This document shows, one piece after another, positions 17,256 through 27,092 of a DNA stretch of 64,000 nucleotides (its first letter is position 1; every line of letters begins with the position of its first letter). The position numbers were made by a program, and so were the translations under genes. Under the pieces are notes generated by a model. The model was given only the letters and a program-made list of their open reading frames with translations. It did no database searches and was not told the DNA's origin. Source of the stretch: Candidatus Poribacteria bacterium (lineage in GTDB: Bacteria > Poribacteria > WGA-4E > PCPOR2b); NCBI GenBank assembly GCA_965198175.1, contig OZ240245.1, positions 800,001 to 864,000 on the forward strand, in the 5' to 3' direction.

Positions 17256-18629
17256 TTACGAATTCGAATCTAAAAAGTTCGTAAACACATTTCCATTTAG
17301 AAAACGTTCATCGTACAGGATTTTCGCGTGTAGAGGCAAAGTGGTCTTGATTCCTTCAATATTAAATTCTCCCAAAGCTCGCTTCGTCCGGGCGATTGCC
17401 TCCTCTCTGTTATCCCCATGCACAATGAGTTTAGCAACCAAGGAATCGTAGTAAGGTGATATGACATAGCCGGGATAAATATAGCCATCCACGCGTATGC
17501 CAATCCCTCCCGGGGGCATATATGCTTTAACTAAGCCCGGAGAAGGACGGAAATCATTATCAGGGTCTTCAGCGTTGATTCGGCACTCAATTGCATGACC
17601 GTTGATTTTAATATCCGCTTCGTTGTACCTGAGTTCCTCTCCCATTGCTAAACGAATTTGTTCTTTTACCAAATCGATTCCGGTAATCATTTCCGTTACT
17701 GGGTGCTCGACCTGTATCCGCGAGTTCATCTCAAGGAAATAGAAGTTGTCTTCGGAATTAACGACAAACTCAATTGTACCTGCGTTTGCAAAGCCAATCG
17801 ACCTTGCCGCTTTAACGGCTGCCTTGCCAATCTCGCTGCGAATCTTCGGGTTTAGTGAAGGTGCAGGCGCTTCTTCAAGCAATTTTTGGCGTTTTCGCTG
17901 AATCGAGCACGCCCGTTCACCGAGATGGATGACATTACCATAATTGTCCGCCAGAATCTGAACTTCAATGTGCCGAGCGTTCTCGATCCACTTTTCAATA
18001 TAGACCTCAGCATTGCCAAACGAAGCCTTTGCCTCTGTTTTCGCGGTGTGGAAGAGATTGAGTAGACTCATACTGTTGTGTGCAATCCGGATACCGCGTC
18101 CACCTCCTCCAGCCACCGCCTTAACACCAACGGGAAAGCCGATTTTTTCCGCAAGTCCAACGGCGTCCTCCGCGTTTTCAACAACTCCCTTTCTTAGGCT
18201 TCTCCGCAGTCCGTGACGACTACTTCGGCTGCCTGGGACCAACTTTAGCCCCGCTTTCGCCATCGTTTCTCGTGCTTCTGCTTTGTCACCCATTGTCCTC
18301 AAATTCTCGATTGACGGGCCAATGAACGTAATCTTGTGAGCCGCGCAGATTTCAGCGAACTCCGCATCCTCTGACAAAAATCCAGCGCCAGGGTGTATGG
18401 CATCTGCATTGGTCAGTTCAGCAACCGTAATGATGTTCGCCCGCTTAAGGTAGCTTTCCGCCGGAGGGGGAGGACCGATGCAAGCAGCCTCATCGGCGAG
18501 CTTGACATGCAGGCTATCTCGATCTGCAATCGAATGTACGGCAACCGTTTTAATGCCCATGTCTCGACACGCACGAATGATTCGCACAGCAATTTCGCCG
18601 CGATTTGCGATTAAGATTTTTTTGAACAT
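17256..18629 (-). CDS. accC: Acetyl-CoA carboxylase, biotin carboxylase subunit
   Basis: [37 protein letters not shown]. Confidence 0.97.
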   Translation of the reverse strand: MFKKILIANRGEIAVRIIRACRDMGIKTVAVHSIADRDSLHVKLADEAACIGPPPPAESYLKRANIITVAELTNADAIHPGAGFLSEDAEFAEICAAHKITFIGPSIENLRTMGDKAEARETMAKAGLKLVPGSRSSRHGLRRSLRKGVVENAEDAVGLAEKIGFPVGVKAVAGGGGRGIRIAHNSMSLLNLFHTAKTEAKASFGNAEVYIEKWIENARHIEVQILADNYGNVIHLGERACSIQRKRQKLLEEAPAPSLNPKIRSEIGKAAVKAARSIGFANAGTIEFVVNSEDNFYFLEMNSRIQVEHPVTEMITGIDLVKEQIRLAMGEELRYNEADIKINGHAIECRINAEDPDNDFRPSPGLVKAYMPPGGIGIRVDGYIYPGYVISPYYDSLVAKLIVHGDNREEAIARTKRALGEFNIEGIKTTLPLHAKILYDERFLNGNVFTNFLDSNS

Positions 18630-18640
18630 AATTTTGAATT

Positions 18641-19078
18641 TTAACTTTTATTAATACGGAACAACGGCTGATCGAATTCTACAGGCGCGGCGTTTTCGAC
18701 AAGGATTTCAAGAATCTCACAAGGAAAATCAGGTTTGACTTCGTTAAAAATTTTCATCGCTTCAATCAAACACAACGTATCCTCTTCAGATACGACAGCA
18801 CCTGCCTCAACAAATGGAGGTTCCTCTGGAGAAGATCCACGATAAAACATGCCGGGCATTGGTGCTCTAATCAGTTCTCCTGATTCGTTAGGCGCTTGTG
18901 CGGATGGTGGTTCATGGGTTGGTGGAGCGAATGCGGGAGTTATTGACACGCCTCCTCGGCGGATTCTAAGAGTGACTTCCCCTTCTCGCAGGTAGACTTC
19001 TGTTAAATCACGACTTTCCATTATATCGCAGAGCTGGTTAAGCAAATCAATCGCCGATGACGATTTATCTTCAGGCAT
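18641..19078 (-). CDS. accB: Biotin carboxyl carrier protein
   Basis: EAMK biotinylation motif; adjacent to accC. Confidence 0.95.
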   Translation of the reverse strand: MPEDKSSSAIDLLNQLCDIMESRDLTEVYLREGEVTLRIRRGGVSITPAFAPPTHEPPSAQAPNESGELIRAPMPGMFYRGSSPEEPPFVEAGAVVSEEDTLCLIEAMKIFNEVKPDFPCEILEILVENAAPVEFDQPLFRINKS

Positions 19079-19081
19079 GAA

Positions 19082-19639
19082 TTAAACCCTTTCTACGTAC
19101 GTTCCCGTGCGGGTGTCAACTTTGATTGTTGTTCCCTCTTTAACAAACAGAGGTACCTGGACAACCCCACTGGTTTCTAGCTTTGCCGGTTTTGACCCAC
19201 CGCCGGCAGTGTCACCTCGCAAGCCAGGGTCCGTTTCAACAATCACTAGTTCAACAAATGTTGGCAATTCGACGGTCATCGGTGTATTTCCATCAATTTT
19301 GATTTTGACTGTTTCTCCTTCTTTGAGAAATTTCATCCCATCTCCAACAAATTCTTCCGACAAAGAGTGTTGATCGAAATTTTCGTTATCCATAAAATAT
19401 AACAGATTTCCATCTCTGTACATATATTGCATTTCGCGTTCTTCGAGGCGAACGGTTTCAACCGTATCACTTGCGCGAAACGTCCGATCGATGACCGCTC
19501 CGTCGGCAACCCGTTTGAGCTTGGTCCGGGCGAATGCGTTGCCCTTTCCAGGCTTTACGTGTTGGCAATGCACCATGGTGTAGATGATGTCATCCAACCT
19601 AATAACTAAACCATTCCGTAAATCATTGAGTGCTGCCAT
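19082..19639 (-). CDS. efp: Elongation factor P
   Basis: KPGKG, PGLRGDT, QVPLFV, DTRTGTY. Start moved to MAALND. Confidence 0.97.
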   Translation of the reverse strand: MAALNDLRNGLVIRLDDIIYTMVHCQHVKPGKGNAFARTKLKRVADGAVIDRTFRASDTVETVRLEEREMQYMYRDGNLLYFMDNENFDQHSLSEEFVGDGMKFLKEGETVKIKIDGNTPMTVELPTFVELVIVETDPGLRGDTAGGGSKPAKLETSGVVQVPLFVKEGTTIKVDTRTGTYVERV

Positions 19640-19823
19640 AAGTACCCCTTCGTATGAATGAAGAATTTGAGCATTTTTTCTTTGCGGGCTTGAGTAACGA
19701 CCATCACTAACCACATCCTTCCAGCCAAGATCTTTTGGTAATCAACATGGTATACTAAAGCAAGGGTTCCTAATTATCTTTAGTCTCCCTTTGGACGGCC
19801 TCGTTGTCTCATTTGCTCCCAAA

Positions 19824-20273
19824 TTAGCGATCCAGTTCCGATTTCTGCAAAATGTGGATTATTGCGTTGAGCGCGAGATCGTAACTATACGCGCCAAAAC
19901 CGCCAATTACACCGACGGCAATGGGGTTAATGTAAGAATGCTGGCGGAAGGGCTCGCGAGCGTAGATATTGGAAAGATGAATTTCAATAACGGGAAGGTT
20001 CACAGCCGACAAGGCGTCCCGAATCGCGACGCTTGTGTGCGTGTAACCCGCGGGATTGATAAGGATCCCGTCCGCCCAATCAATATTGTCTCCAATGATG
20101 GAGACAATTTCCCCTTCGTGGTTTGATTGAAAGATTTTGAGCTCAACGCATCGCTGCGAGGCAATTTCGAGCAGGTGTGCGTTGATGTCCGTCAATGTCT
20201 GATTGCCGTAAATCTCACGCTGACGCCTGCCTAGGAGATGTAGATTTGGTCCGTGAATTAGTAGAACCTTCAT
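19824..20273 (-). CDS. aroQ: Type II 3-dehydroquinate dehydratase
   Basis: GPNL.LLG.R...YG, QSNHEG, INPA, EIHLSN. Confidence 0.97.
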   Translation of the reverse strand: MKVLLIHGPNLHLLGRRQREIYGNQTLTDINAHLLEIASQRCVELKIFQSNHEGEIVSIIGDNIDWADGILINPAGYTHTSVAIRDALSAVNLPVIEIHLSNIYAREPFRQHSYINPIAVGVIGGFGAYSYDLALNAIIHILQKSELDR

Positions 20274-20434
20274 GCAGTTACTCCGTTTGACTTAAACCTA
20301 GTGGAGTTTGTTCGTTTTTCTCCTCTCTCCCTCTGCATTCTTTGACCAAATTCTCGTCCATATCTCGAAATTGTTCCCTATGTTATCACATCCTTGCGTT
20401 CTGCCCTTGTTAAGTGCCTCATAAATCTTTTATC

Positions 20435-21520
20435 TTACATACATTGTGAAATCGCTGCGGTGATTGCTGCCTCATCTATATCGTCACGAACAACTACTTC
20501 GCCAATTTGTGTCGGCAGGACGAGACGTAACTTCCCGCCTTTCGTTTTTTTATCAAGATACATCTTTTCAAGGAGTTGTTCAGGGGCGATTTCCGACGAA
20601 AAATTCCCCGGAAGCCCTGCATGCTGCAAGAGATTTCTCTGTCGCTCCCAATCCGCTGAATCCAACATGCCTACATTCGCCGCGAGCTGAGCGGCACAGT
20701 TCATGCCAATTGCCACCGCTTCACCGTGGCGGTAGGCATCGTAATCCGTCAGCGCTTCAAGTGCATGACCAAAAGTGTGACCGTAGTTCAGTATTTCTCT
20801 CAGTCCGCTCTCTTTCTCATCCTTTCCCACGACGTAAGCCTTATTTGTACACGAGCGAGCAATTACGTCAACAAGGATAGACACATCTAGATCGAGGATA
20901 GCATCCAGGTTTGACTCGATCTGATCAAACAATGGCGTGTCCATAATCATGCCGTACTTAATAATCTCAACAAGTCCAGATCGAATTTCACGCGGCGGCA
21001 ATGTTTCCAGCGTCTTCACATCAATGAGGACGAACTCGGGTTGATGAAACGCGCCAATAAGGTTTTTGCCCTTCGGATGGTTAATTGCCGTTTTACCGCC
21101 GACGCTCGCATCCACTTGAGCTAGCAATGTCGTCGGCACCTGAACCCACGCGATGCCGCGCATAAATGTTGCGGCGACGAAGCCCGCGAGATCGCCGATA
21201 GCTCCTCCGCCGAGCGCAAGCAATGTAGAAGCCCGATACATCCGATGATTAATTAGCTCATCGTGCAGTCTGGCAAATTCCGTTAAAGATTTGTATTCCT
21301 CGCCAGCGGGAACCTCTACAATCCGAAAGTCGAAGCCTGCGTTTGACAGGCTCTCTGAAACCGTTCCGCTATAGTGTTTGCTTACAACAGCATCTGCAAC
21401 AACAATCACTTTGGGTGATTTTGCCTTGGGTTTAAGCAATTCCCCAATCTGACCAAGATGTCCTTGTTCAATAAAGATTGGATAGCTATTCTCGTCAAGT
21501 TCAACGTGAATGGACGGCAT
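20435..21520 (-). CDS. aroB: 3-dehydroquinate synthase
   Basis: GGGAIGD, PTTLLAQVDASVGGK, LNYGHTFGHA, HGEAV. Confidence 0.97.
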   Translation of the reverse strand: MPSIHVELDENSYPIFIEQGHLGQIGELLKPKAKSPKVIVVADAVVSKHYSGTVSESLSNAGFDFRIVEVPAGEEYKSLTEFARLHDELINHRMYRASTLLALGGGAIGDLAGFVAATFMRGIAWVQVPTTLLAQVDASVGGKTAINHPKGKNLIGAFHQPEFVLIDVKTLETLPPREIRSGLVEIIKYGMIMDTPLFDQIESNLDAILDLDVSILVDVIARSCTNKAYVVGKDEKESGLREILNYGHTFGHALEALTDYDAYRHGEAVAIGMNCAAQLAANVGMLDSADWERQRNLLQHAGLPGNFSSEIAPEQLLEKMYLDKKTKGGKLRLVLPTQIGEVVVRDDIDEAAITAAISQCM

Positions 21521-22019
21521 GCTGGAATATCTCTACAATTCTATCTGCGACCTCATCAATTGATAAACCAGTTGTTTGGATATCGTAGTCGGCACGAGCA
21601 TAGTACGGGGCACGAATAGCAAGCATCTGTCGGATTTCGTCCAACGGATGGGATGTCTGGAGCAGCGGGCGGTGGGTCGCATGTCGAACCCGCTTCCAGA
21701 TTGTCTCTGGAGGCGCCGTCAAGCAAAAGACAATCCCATTTTGCTTAAGCATTTTCAGATTAGATTCCCAAAGGACAATGCCTCCGCCCGTTGAAATGAC
21801 ATGGTTATCTAAACCGGACACCTTGCAAACAGCGTCGCTCTCCAAGTGTCGGAAGTAGGATTCGTCATACCTCGCGAAAATATTCGAGATGACCATGCCA
21901 CTGTCTTGTTCAATAACGCCATCTGTATCAATTAACGACATCTCTAACTGCTTGGAAATTCTCCGCCCTACCGACGTTTTCCCCGTCCCCATGAAACCGA
22001 CCAAGACAATGTTTGGCAC
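21501..22019 (-). CDS. aroK: Shikimate kinase
   Basis: GFMGTGKT, STGGG, RPLL. GTG start follows GGAGG. Confidence 0.95.
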   Translation of the reverse strand: MPNIVLVGFMGTGKTSVGRRISKQLEMSLIDTDGVIEQDSGMVISNIFARYDESYFRHLESDAVCKVSGLDNHVISTGGGIVLWESNLKMLKQNGIVFCLTAPPETIWKRVRHATHRPLLQTSHPLDEIRQMLAIRAPYYARADYDIQTTGLSIDEVADRIVEIFQHAVHSR

Positions 22020-22046
22020 CCATGCTCCCTCCTTCGCGAAGGTATA

Positions 22047-22075
22047 AGTATACACTTGATGTGAGAAATTGTAAA
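22047..22075 (-). promoter_or_regulatory. sigma70-like promoter for the aroK operon
   Basis: TTTACA, 17 bp, TATACT on the minus strand. Confidence 0.6.
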
Positions 22076-22087
22076 GCATTATTCGTC

Positions 22088-22182
22088 AGTTCCACCTAAC
22101 TGCCTCAACTAGAGAGCTTAAACACAGGTTTCGGGACGCCTCCCAGAAAGTTCACTATTTGCTGAACTTCGAAGGTGGAACT
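22088..22182. other. 95-bp element bounded by a perfect 10-bp inverted repeat, with internal hairpins
   Basis: AGTTCCACCT / AGGTGGAACT; inner GGGA-CGCC-TCCC and AAGTTCA-N8-TGAACTT. Confidence 0.5.
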
Positions 22183-22416
22183 AAATTGGATAGTCTTTGA
22201 CTGCAACACAGTTGAGGATTATCGATTCTGGAGGGACTTGTGAAACAATGAACAATATACTTCGGTAGGTAATTAATTCGAGAATCACTTTGGAAGGTTA
22301 GGGTGGAATGGTAGTCGAACTAAGAAGGGAAAGAAAACAAGGCTGTGAGGTAAAATCGGCAAATAGCTGAGATAAAGAGAGGGGTTGAACACTGAATGAA
22401 ATTGAAAAGGGGGAAG

Positions 22417-23583
22417 TTATTCTCTCTCACCAAGAACAACATGCCGTTTAAGCGTCTGTTGACCTCTTCGAATCTTAATCGTAACCGGCGTATTGGGGTT
22501 GGAATTTGCAACGAGTTTTTGCAATTCCCAGCACGAATAAACGGGCACACCTTCAAATTCAGTAATGACATCTTGAGCGAGGATCCCACACTTTTGCGCC
22601 GGAGTCTCTTCCAAAACTTTTGTAACACGGACACCAAGAGCGTCCCCATCAATCTTGACTCCCAACCAACCGCGGTGTACTTTCCCATCTCGAATTAGCT
22701 GTTCCGCAATGGTTTGAACGGTCTTAATCGGAATCGCAAAACCGATTTCGTTCTCCATCCTAACATGCCCTGCGGAGGGGACAGCGTGCGTAGTGGAAAG
22801 CTGTCCATCGGACAACTTGGAGCGAATAGGAATTTGAGACAACGGCGCGAAATAGGGTTCAGCGAGAGCCGCGGTAATTATACCAATAATCTCTCCTGAT
22901 GTATTAACAACCGCCCCGCCACTATTCCCTGGATTTACAGCAGCATTCACTTTGATGGCGTCATAGGGACGATTCGGTAAGGCTTCCAAGCCGCTAACAA
23001 TTCCAAATGATAGTGTTGGAGAGTGTCCAAAGGAACTGCCAACCGTAATGACCCAAGACCCTGTACGAATCTGATCTGAATCGCCAATCTTTGTCCGTAG
23101 TGAATAACCTTCCTTCAATGCTAGCACAGCGATGTCCGTCAAGGGATCGACGCCCGCGAGTTCTGCAGAACTACGCCGTCCGTTGCCGAATATCACTTCA
23201 ATTTCATCGGCGCCTTCAACAACAGCGCGGGTCGTCACAATATGGTCCCCTGAATCGATAAGTGTTCCCGATCCGATATTCTGATAATGGATCGTTTCCT
23301 GACTATCTTCGACGAAGGAATGCGATACGCCTGAATTCAACGGGAACATTCTAGTTTTCCCTTGCCTTCCAGGGACTGTGAATGTTGCAACCACCTCAAC
23401 CACAGCCGGCTTCACAGACTGAACAATCGCTTGAAACTCGCTTTCCATTAATTGCAAGACAGTCTTTTCTGCGAACGCAAAGGAAGACCCCGTCACAAAT
23501 AGAATAATACTAAAAACAATTGACAATTGACGATTGACAATTGATAATGAGTTATGCTTCATTCCGCATCTTTCATTTTGCAC
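22417..23583 (-). CDS. HtrA/DegS-like S1C protein with one PDZ domain; catalytic His apparently absent
   Basis: GSG, DPLTDIAVL, VNPGNSGG, GFAIP, RGWLGV. The His position reads TTRAVV. Confidence 0.9.
   Translation of the reverse strand: MQNERCGMKHNSLSIVNRQLSIVFSIILFVTGSSFAFAEKTVLQLMESEFQAIVQSVKPAVVEVVATFTVPGRQGKTRMFPLNSGVSHSFVEDSQETIHYQNIGSGTLIDSGDHIVTTRAVVEGADEIEVIFGNGRRSSAELAGVDPLTDIAVLALKEGYSLRTKIGDSDQIRTGSWVITVGSSFGHSPTLSFGIVSGLEALPNRPYDAIKVNAAVNPGNSGGAVVNTSGEIIGIITAALAEPYFAPLSQIPIRSKLSDGQLSTTHAVPSAGHVRMENEIGFAIPIKTVQTIAEQLIRDGKVHRGWLGVKIDGDALGVRVTKVLEETPAQKCGILAQDVITEFEGVPVYSCWELQKLVANSNPNTPVTIKIRRGQQTLKRHVVLGERE
23517..23550. repeat. Heptamer tandem repeat (CAATTGA) x4 within the HtrA signal-peptide coding region
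   Basis: CAATTGA CAATTGA CGATTGA CAATTGA TAATGA. Confidence 0.8.
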
Positions 23584-23607
23584 GTTGTTTTGTCTCCTTT
23601 CCTTAAC

Positions 23608-24243
23608 CTACCAGCCTCCACTTGTAGAGGCATCTGTGTAAGTGACCGTCTGCAAAATGTAATTTCGCTCTACGCGCTGTGGTTGAACTTCTTTTGGAAA
23701 AACTGAACCCTCAAACGCCGGAAACTCGACGAGGCGTTGTCGGTTCAAATCAGGAACTAAAGGCGATTGTTTCCACGGCGGTGAATCGTCAACGCGAATT
23801 CTTGGTGGCGGTATCACGTGCCGTATCACGTAACGTCTGTCGCTCGGTGTGTTATCGGCACGGGCAACAGTAATATCGTCGTTTCCTATAAGTGTATTTT
23901 GGTAAAGATATATGCCTGCTATCATGCATATTCCTATCCCCATTGCAATTCCACTAAATGCCCATACTGATTGAGCACGCATAGCCTCCAAGGCACGACG
24001 CCACCAAGGAATCAATTCTATTTGAGAGTTGGCAAGGCGGGTTTGTAAGACCGTATCGAAGCTTGGCGAAGGTTCGATTGATGGCATCCGATGCAATAAA
24101 TTAACCGATTCGCGGAATAAAATATATCCGTGATGACACAATTCGCAGTTTGCAAGATGCGTCTCAAATGTCTTCGTAGCTTGATAATCAAGTTCGTCTT
24201 CAAGGTGTGCGGAGAATTGTTCTTCAACCCCTACGCAGTCCAT
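23608..24243 (-). CDS. Zinc-binding (ZAS/zf-HC2) membrane anti-sigma factor
   Basis: HLANCELC (HxxxCxxC), one TM helix; overlaps the sigma gene. Confidence 0.9.
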   Translation of the reverse strand: MDCVGVEEQFSAHLEDELDYQATKTFETHLANCELCHHGYILFRESVNLLHRMPSIEPSPSFDTVLQTRLANSQIELIPWWRRALEAMRAQSVWAFSGIAMGIGICMIAGIYLYQNTLIGNDDITVARADNTPSDRRYVIRHVIPPPRIRVDDSPPWKQSPLVPDLNRQRLVEFPAFEGSVFPKEVQPQRVERNYILQTVTYTDASTSGGW

Positions 24244-24854
24244 GGTTCCTCCACAAAGTCTTTTAATTTGTCTCTTAGCATCAATCGTGCTCGGTTGATA
24301 CGAGACTTCGTTGTTCCAAGCGGCAAGTTCAAAATTTTGCTAATTTCTTCATAACAGCGGTCTTGCAGATCGCGCAGAATCAATGGTAATCTATACCGTT
24401 CCGGCAGCTTTGAGATTGCATTATGTACCGCTTGTTGTCGTTCTTTCTGTACCAGTTGGTTTTCGGGTTGGAACGAGGCATGAGCGGGGGCGGTTGCAAT
24501 CAAATCTTCGCGGAGACTATCATCATGACTGAGGTATTCCTCAGAGTTAACGTTATCAATGAAGAAATGACCACGCCGTCCACGGTTGCGAAGCTCATTT
24601 TTGCAAAGATTGGAGGCAATATGATACATCCACGTACTGAACTTTGCCGCCCCAACTCTGTACCGATTCGCAGCTTTGAACATACGAACAAACGTCTCTT
24701 GCGCCAAATCTTCAGCGGAATCTCGGTCACCTAAGAACCGCCCAATGAAATTGACCAGAGGAGTTCGGTTTCGACGCACAATGAGATCAAAGGCTTCTAT
24801 GTCCCCTTGTTGACACCGTTCCATCAATTCATCGTCCAAATCTGACATCATCAT
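24231..24854 (-). CDS. ECF sigma-70 factor (RpoE/SigW-like)
   Basis: Region 2 AEDLAQETF, FSTWMYHIASN; region 4 LPLGTTKSRINRAR. Confidence 0.95.
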   Translation of the reverse strand: MMMSDLDDELMERCQQGDIEAFDLIVRRNRTPLVNFIGRFLGDRDSAEDLAQETFVRMFKAANRYRVGAAKFSTWMYHIASNLCKNELRNRGRRGHFFIDNVNSEEYLSHDDSLREDLIATAPAHASFQPENQLVQKERQQAVHNAISKLPERYRLPLILRDLQDRCYEEISKILNLPLGTTKSRINRARLMLRDKLKDFVEEPWTA

Positions 24855-24877
24855 TCCTCCACCGGTGATTATTTAGG

Positions 24878-24905
24878 TATACACCAGTTGATAGCCTAAG
24901 TTTCA
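24878..24905 (-). promoter_or_regulatory. Candidate autoregulatory ECF promoter
   Basis: TGAAAC-N16-TGTA, resembling the SigW-type TGAAAC-N16-CGTA. Confidence 0.5.
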
Positions 24906-25025
24906 ATTTTTCTTCAGATAAATCGTCTACAACCGGAGACTATCCTTGAGATACTCCACCTACTGCAAGAGAAATTAGCAGTAGATACTAGAACAGAATT
25001 ATACAAATAAGCAAGCCATTGTTCA

Positions 25026-25544
25026 ATGAAAAATTTAGAACTTAAAGCCAAATGTGGTTGCCTGGATTCGGTGCGTCAGCAACTTGTTGATTTGAAGGCA
25101 GAATACCGCGGAACAGAGGAACAGATCGACACCTATTTTAACGCTCCAAAAGGCAGGCTAAAACTCCGGGAAATCAATTATGGTAAGGTATATCTAGTCT
25201 ACTACGAACGCCCAAACAGTGCGGAATCGCGCTATAGCACCTACCAAATGTGCGATATTCCCAGTCCGGCGGCGTTCAAGGAAATCCTGTCAACAGCCCT
25301 CGGCGTGAATGTTACTGTCGAGAAGCACCGCGAGTTGTGGCTGTTCGGCGACACACGCATCCATCTAGATCAGGTCATCGATCTCGGTGAGTTCGTCGAA
25401 TTAGAAACGGTCATCCACAATCAGTCGGAGCGGGCAGCGTGGGCGGAGCATCAACTTGTGAAAGACGCGATCGGAATCTTGGAGGGAGATTTAATAGCTG
25501 AATCGTATAGCGATCTGCTCTACGGGAAGTGGGAACGAAGCTAA
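25026..25544 (+). CDS. cyaB: CYTH-domain protein (class IV adenylate cyclase-like)
   Basis: ELK, DTYF, RLKLR, K.RE, LD.V..LG.FVELE, SY.DL. Confidence 0.85.
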   Translation: MKNLELKAKCGCLDSVRQQLVDLKAEYRGTEEQIDTYFNAPKGRLKLREINYGKVYLVYYERPNSAESRYSTYQMCDIPSPAAFKEILSTALGVNVTVEKHRELWLFGDTRIHLDQVIDLGEFVELETVIHNQSERAAWAEHQLVKDAIGILEGDLIAESYSDLLYGKWERS

Positions 25545-25568
25545 CTGTGATGCGTTAACTTTCATGTG

Positions 25569-26762
25569 TCATTCGTCATTCTCTGTCGATGGCAATGGTT
25601 CAAGCGACGCGCCAACGGGACGGTTCCCTGTAGGCCGCCACGGAATTGAATCGTAGGCGCGATACACAATATCAAGATGGGGCGTTTCGAGGCGTGCATA
25701 ACCGCGATAGCGTGATTCCAATGCCACTTCAAGCACGCCTGTCGTCAGCAGGGTTCGCTCAACGGGATAAGTTGGCTCACCGTTAACAAACATCTCTTCG
25801 ATACTCAAGCTGAGGTAACTAAAATGGGGATGCGGCGGTCTGTTCAATAAATAGAACTCTGTACTATAGATTTCGTTTTTAACACGACAGGCATAAGCGA
25901 AATCTGTAACATAGCCATTCAGCATTAGAATTGCGCCCCGCACTCCATCACGGTATTCGATAAGAAAAAGTGCAGGATTCTTGCAATGTTCCTCCATCGA
26001 TCCAGTGGGCTTGTTCTGAATAGCGTCACAAGCGGCTGATGCCAGTTTGTACGACCACAATCCAATGGTAGCGGTATTCCACACCGCATCACCCTCTAGA
26101 CACGTCACAGCGGCGACACCAGTTTCGCCGCCGATGCGTCGTTCAAGCATGCATTGTAGCGTTTCTAGCGTATGAAAGCCGTAGCTATCCAACCCCGAGT
26201 AACCAATCGCAATAGCCTCCTCAATTGGGGCTTCCAACTCGTGTTCCAGCCATGGATCACGATAGGTTAACGGCAGCGAAGAACCCGCCATGAAGGGCGC
26301 ACCTAATTGCGCTGCGCGATCAACCATCCACTTGGCATCGTGCCAGTTGTAGGAAAGGTGTTTATCGCAAAAAATGGGAACCGATCTGCCGCTTCTCGCA
26401 ATGACGCCACAGATTTGCTCCATAAAATATTTCCGCGGATAGAGGTTTTGGTCTTTTTCATTCCACGCATAGTCACCATGCTCCCCGATTAAGAGCACAC
26501 CATCGACAGCCAGCTCCTCTCCACCAAGCGTCAAGGCTTTGACTATGCTCGGATAGATTTTTGCGTCATGTTCGGCAGCAAGATTTCGGCTCAGATCGTT
26601 TTCGGCAAATTGATCGACGTACATTGATACAACGTCAACACGAGGCTGAATGAACCCATCATCTGTCGGAAACCCTTTCAGGAACTTGGTTACAATCACG
26701 TCTGCGTGAGACAACGGACGATACTCAGTGATAACTGCTGCAATCTTTTTACGTTTTGCCAT
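25569..26762 (-). CDS. Conserved hypothetical protein, Gfo/Idh/MocA-like fold
   Basis: Long ORF; DGVLLIGEHG, FCDKHL, MAGSS, YGFH. Confidence 0.7.
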   Translation of the reverse strand: MAKRKKIAAVITEYRPLSHADVIVTKFLKGFPTDDGFIQPRVDVVSMYVDQFAENDLSRNLAAEHDAKIYPSIVKALTLGGEELAVDGVLLIGEHGDYAWNEKDQNLYPRKYFMEQICGVIARSGRSVPIFCDKHLSYNWHDAKWMVDRAAQLGAPFMAGSSLPLTYRDPWLEHELEAPIEEAIAIGYSGLDSYGFHTLETLQCMLERRIGGETGVAAVTCLEGDAVWNTATIGLWSYKLASAACDAIQNKPTGSMEEHCKNPALFLIEYRDGVRGAILMLNGYVTDFAYACRVKNEIYSTEFYLLNRPPHPHFSYLSLSIEEMFVNGEPTYPVERTLLTTGVLEVALESRYRGYARLETPHLDIVYRAYDSIPWRPTGNRPVGASLEPLPSTENDE

Positions 26763-27023
26763 GTAGCAGATTTTTCTCCAATTTGAATACCGGCTAGGAT
26801 TATGGTTGATTTGAAACCTAGATTGAAACTATTTTCAGCACTTCAAAATTCTGCTGTTAGCGTAAAAATGGGAATTGGTATTACAGCTTGAGTTCCTGAC
26901 AAAGGGCGCTGCTCCCATTTTCCTCACCGTCAATCTCGTAGGTATCTGCATCGTTATGATTCTGCCTTCTATGCGCGTCTCTATATTGGCGCTGCAATCT
27001 TTCTGGAAGGGCAAAGATCCTGC

Positions 27024-27052
27024 TTGACAAGAATTATCAGATCGCATATTAT
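27024..27052 (+). promoter_or_regulatory. sigma70 promoter for the PTPS/QueD gene
   Basis: TTGACA, 17 bp, TATTAT. Confidence 0.65.
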
Positions 27053-27092
27053 AAATTCTGTCCGAATTTCACTGTGCGAAAGGAGTAGAAAA

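Noticed and set aside
22082..22145. Hammerhead-like pieces (CTGACGA; stem plus GAAAC) on the minus strand
   Set aside because: The order is wrong: CUGANGA does not precede the stem-GAAA.
26835..27047. Short ORFs on both strands in this intergenic region
   Set aside because: No RBS or recognisable motif.
27024..27092. preQ1 riboswitch or an extended N-terminus for the QueD-like gene
   Set aside because: The region holds a -35/-10 promoter and a short leader with no preQ1 motif; the track's TTG start is the -35 box.
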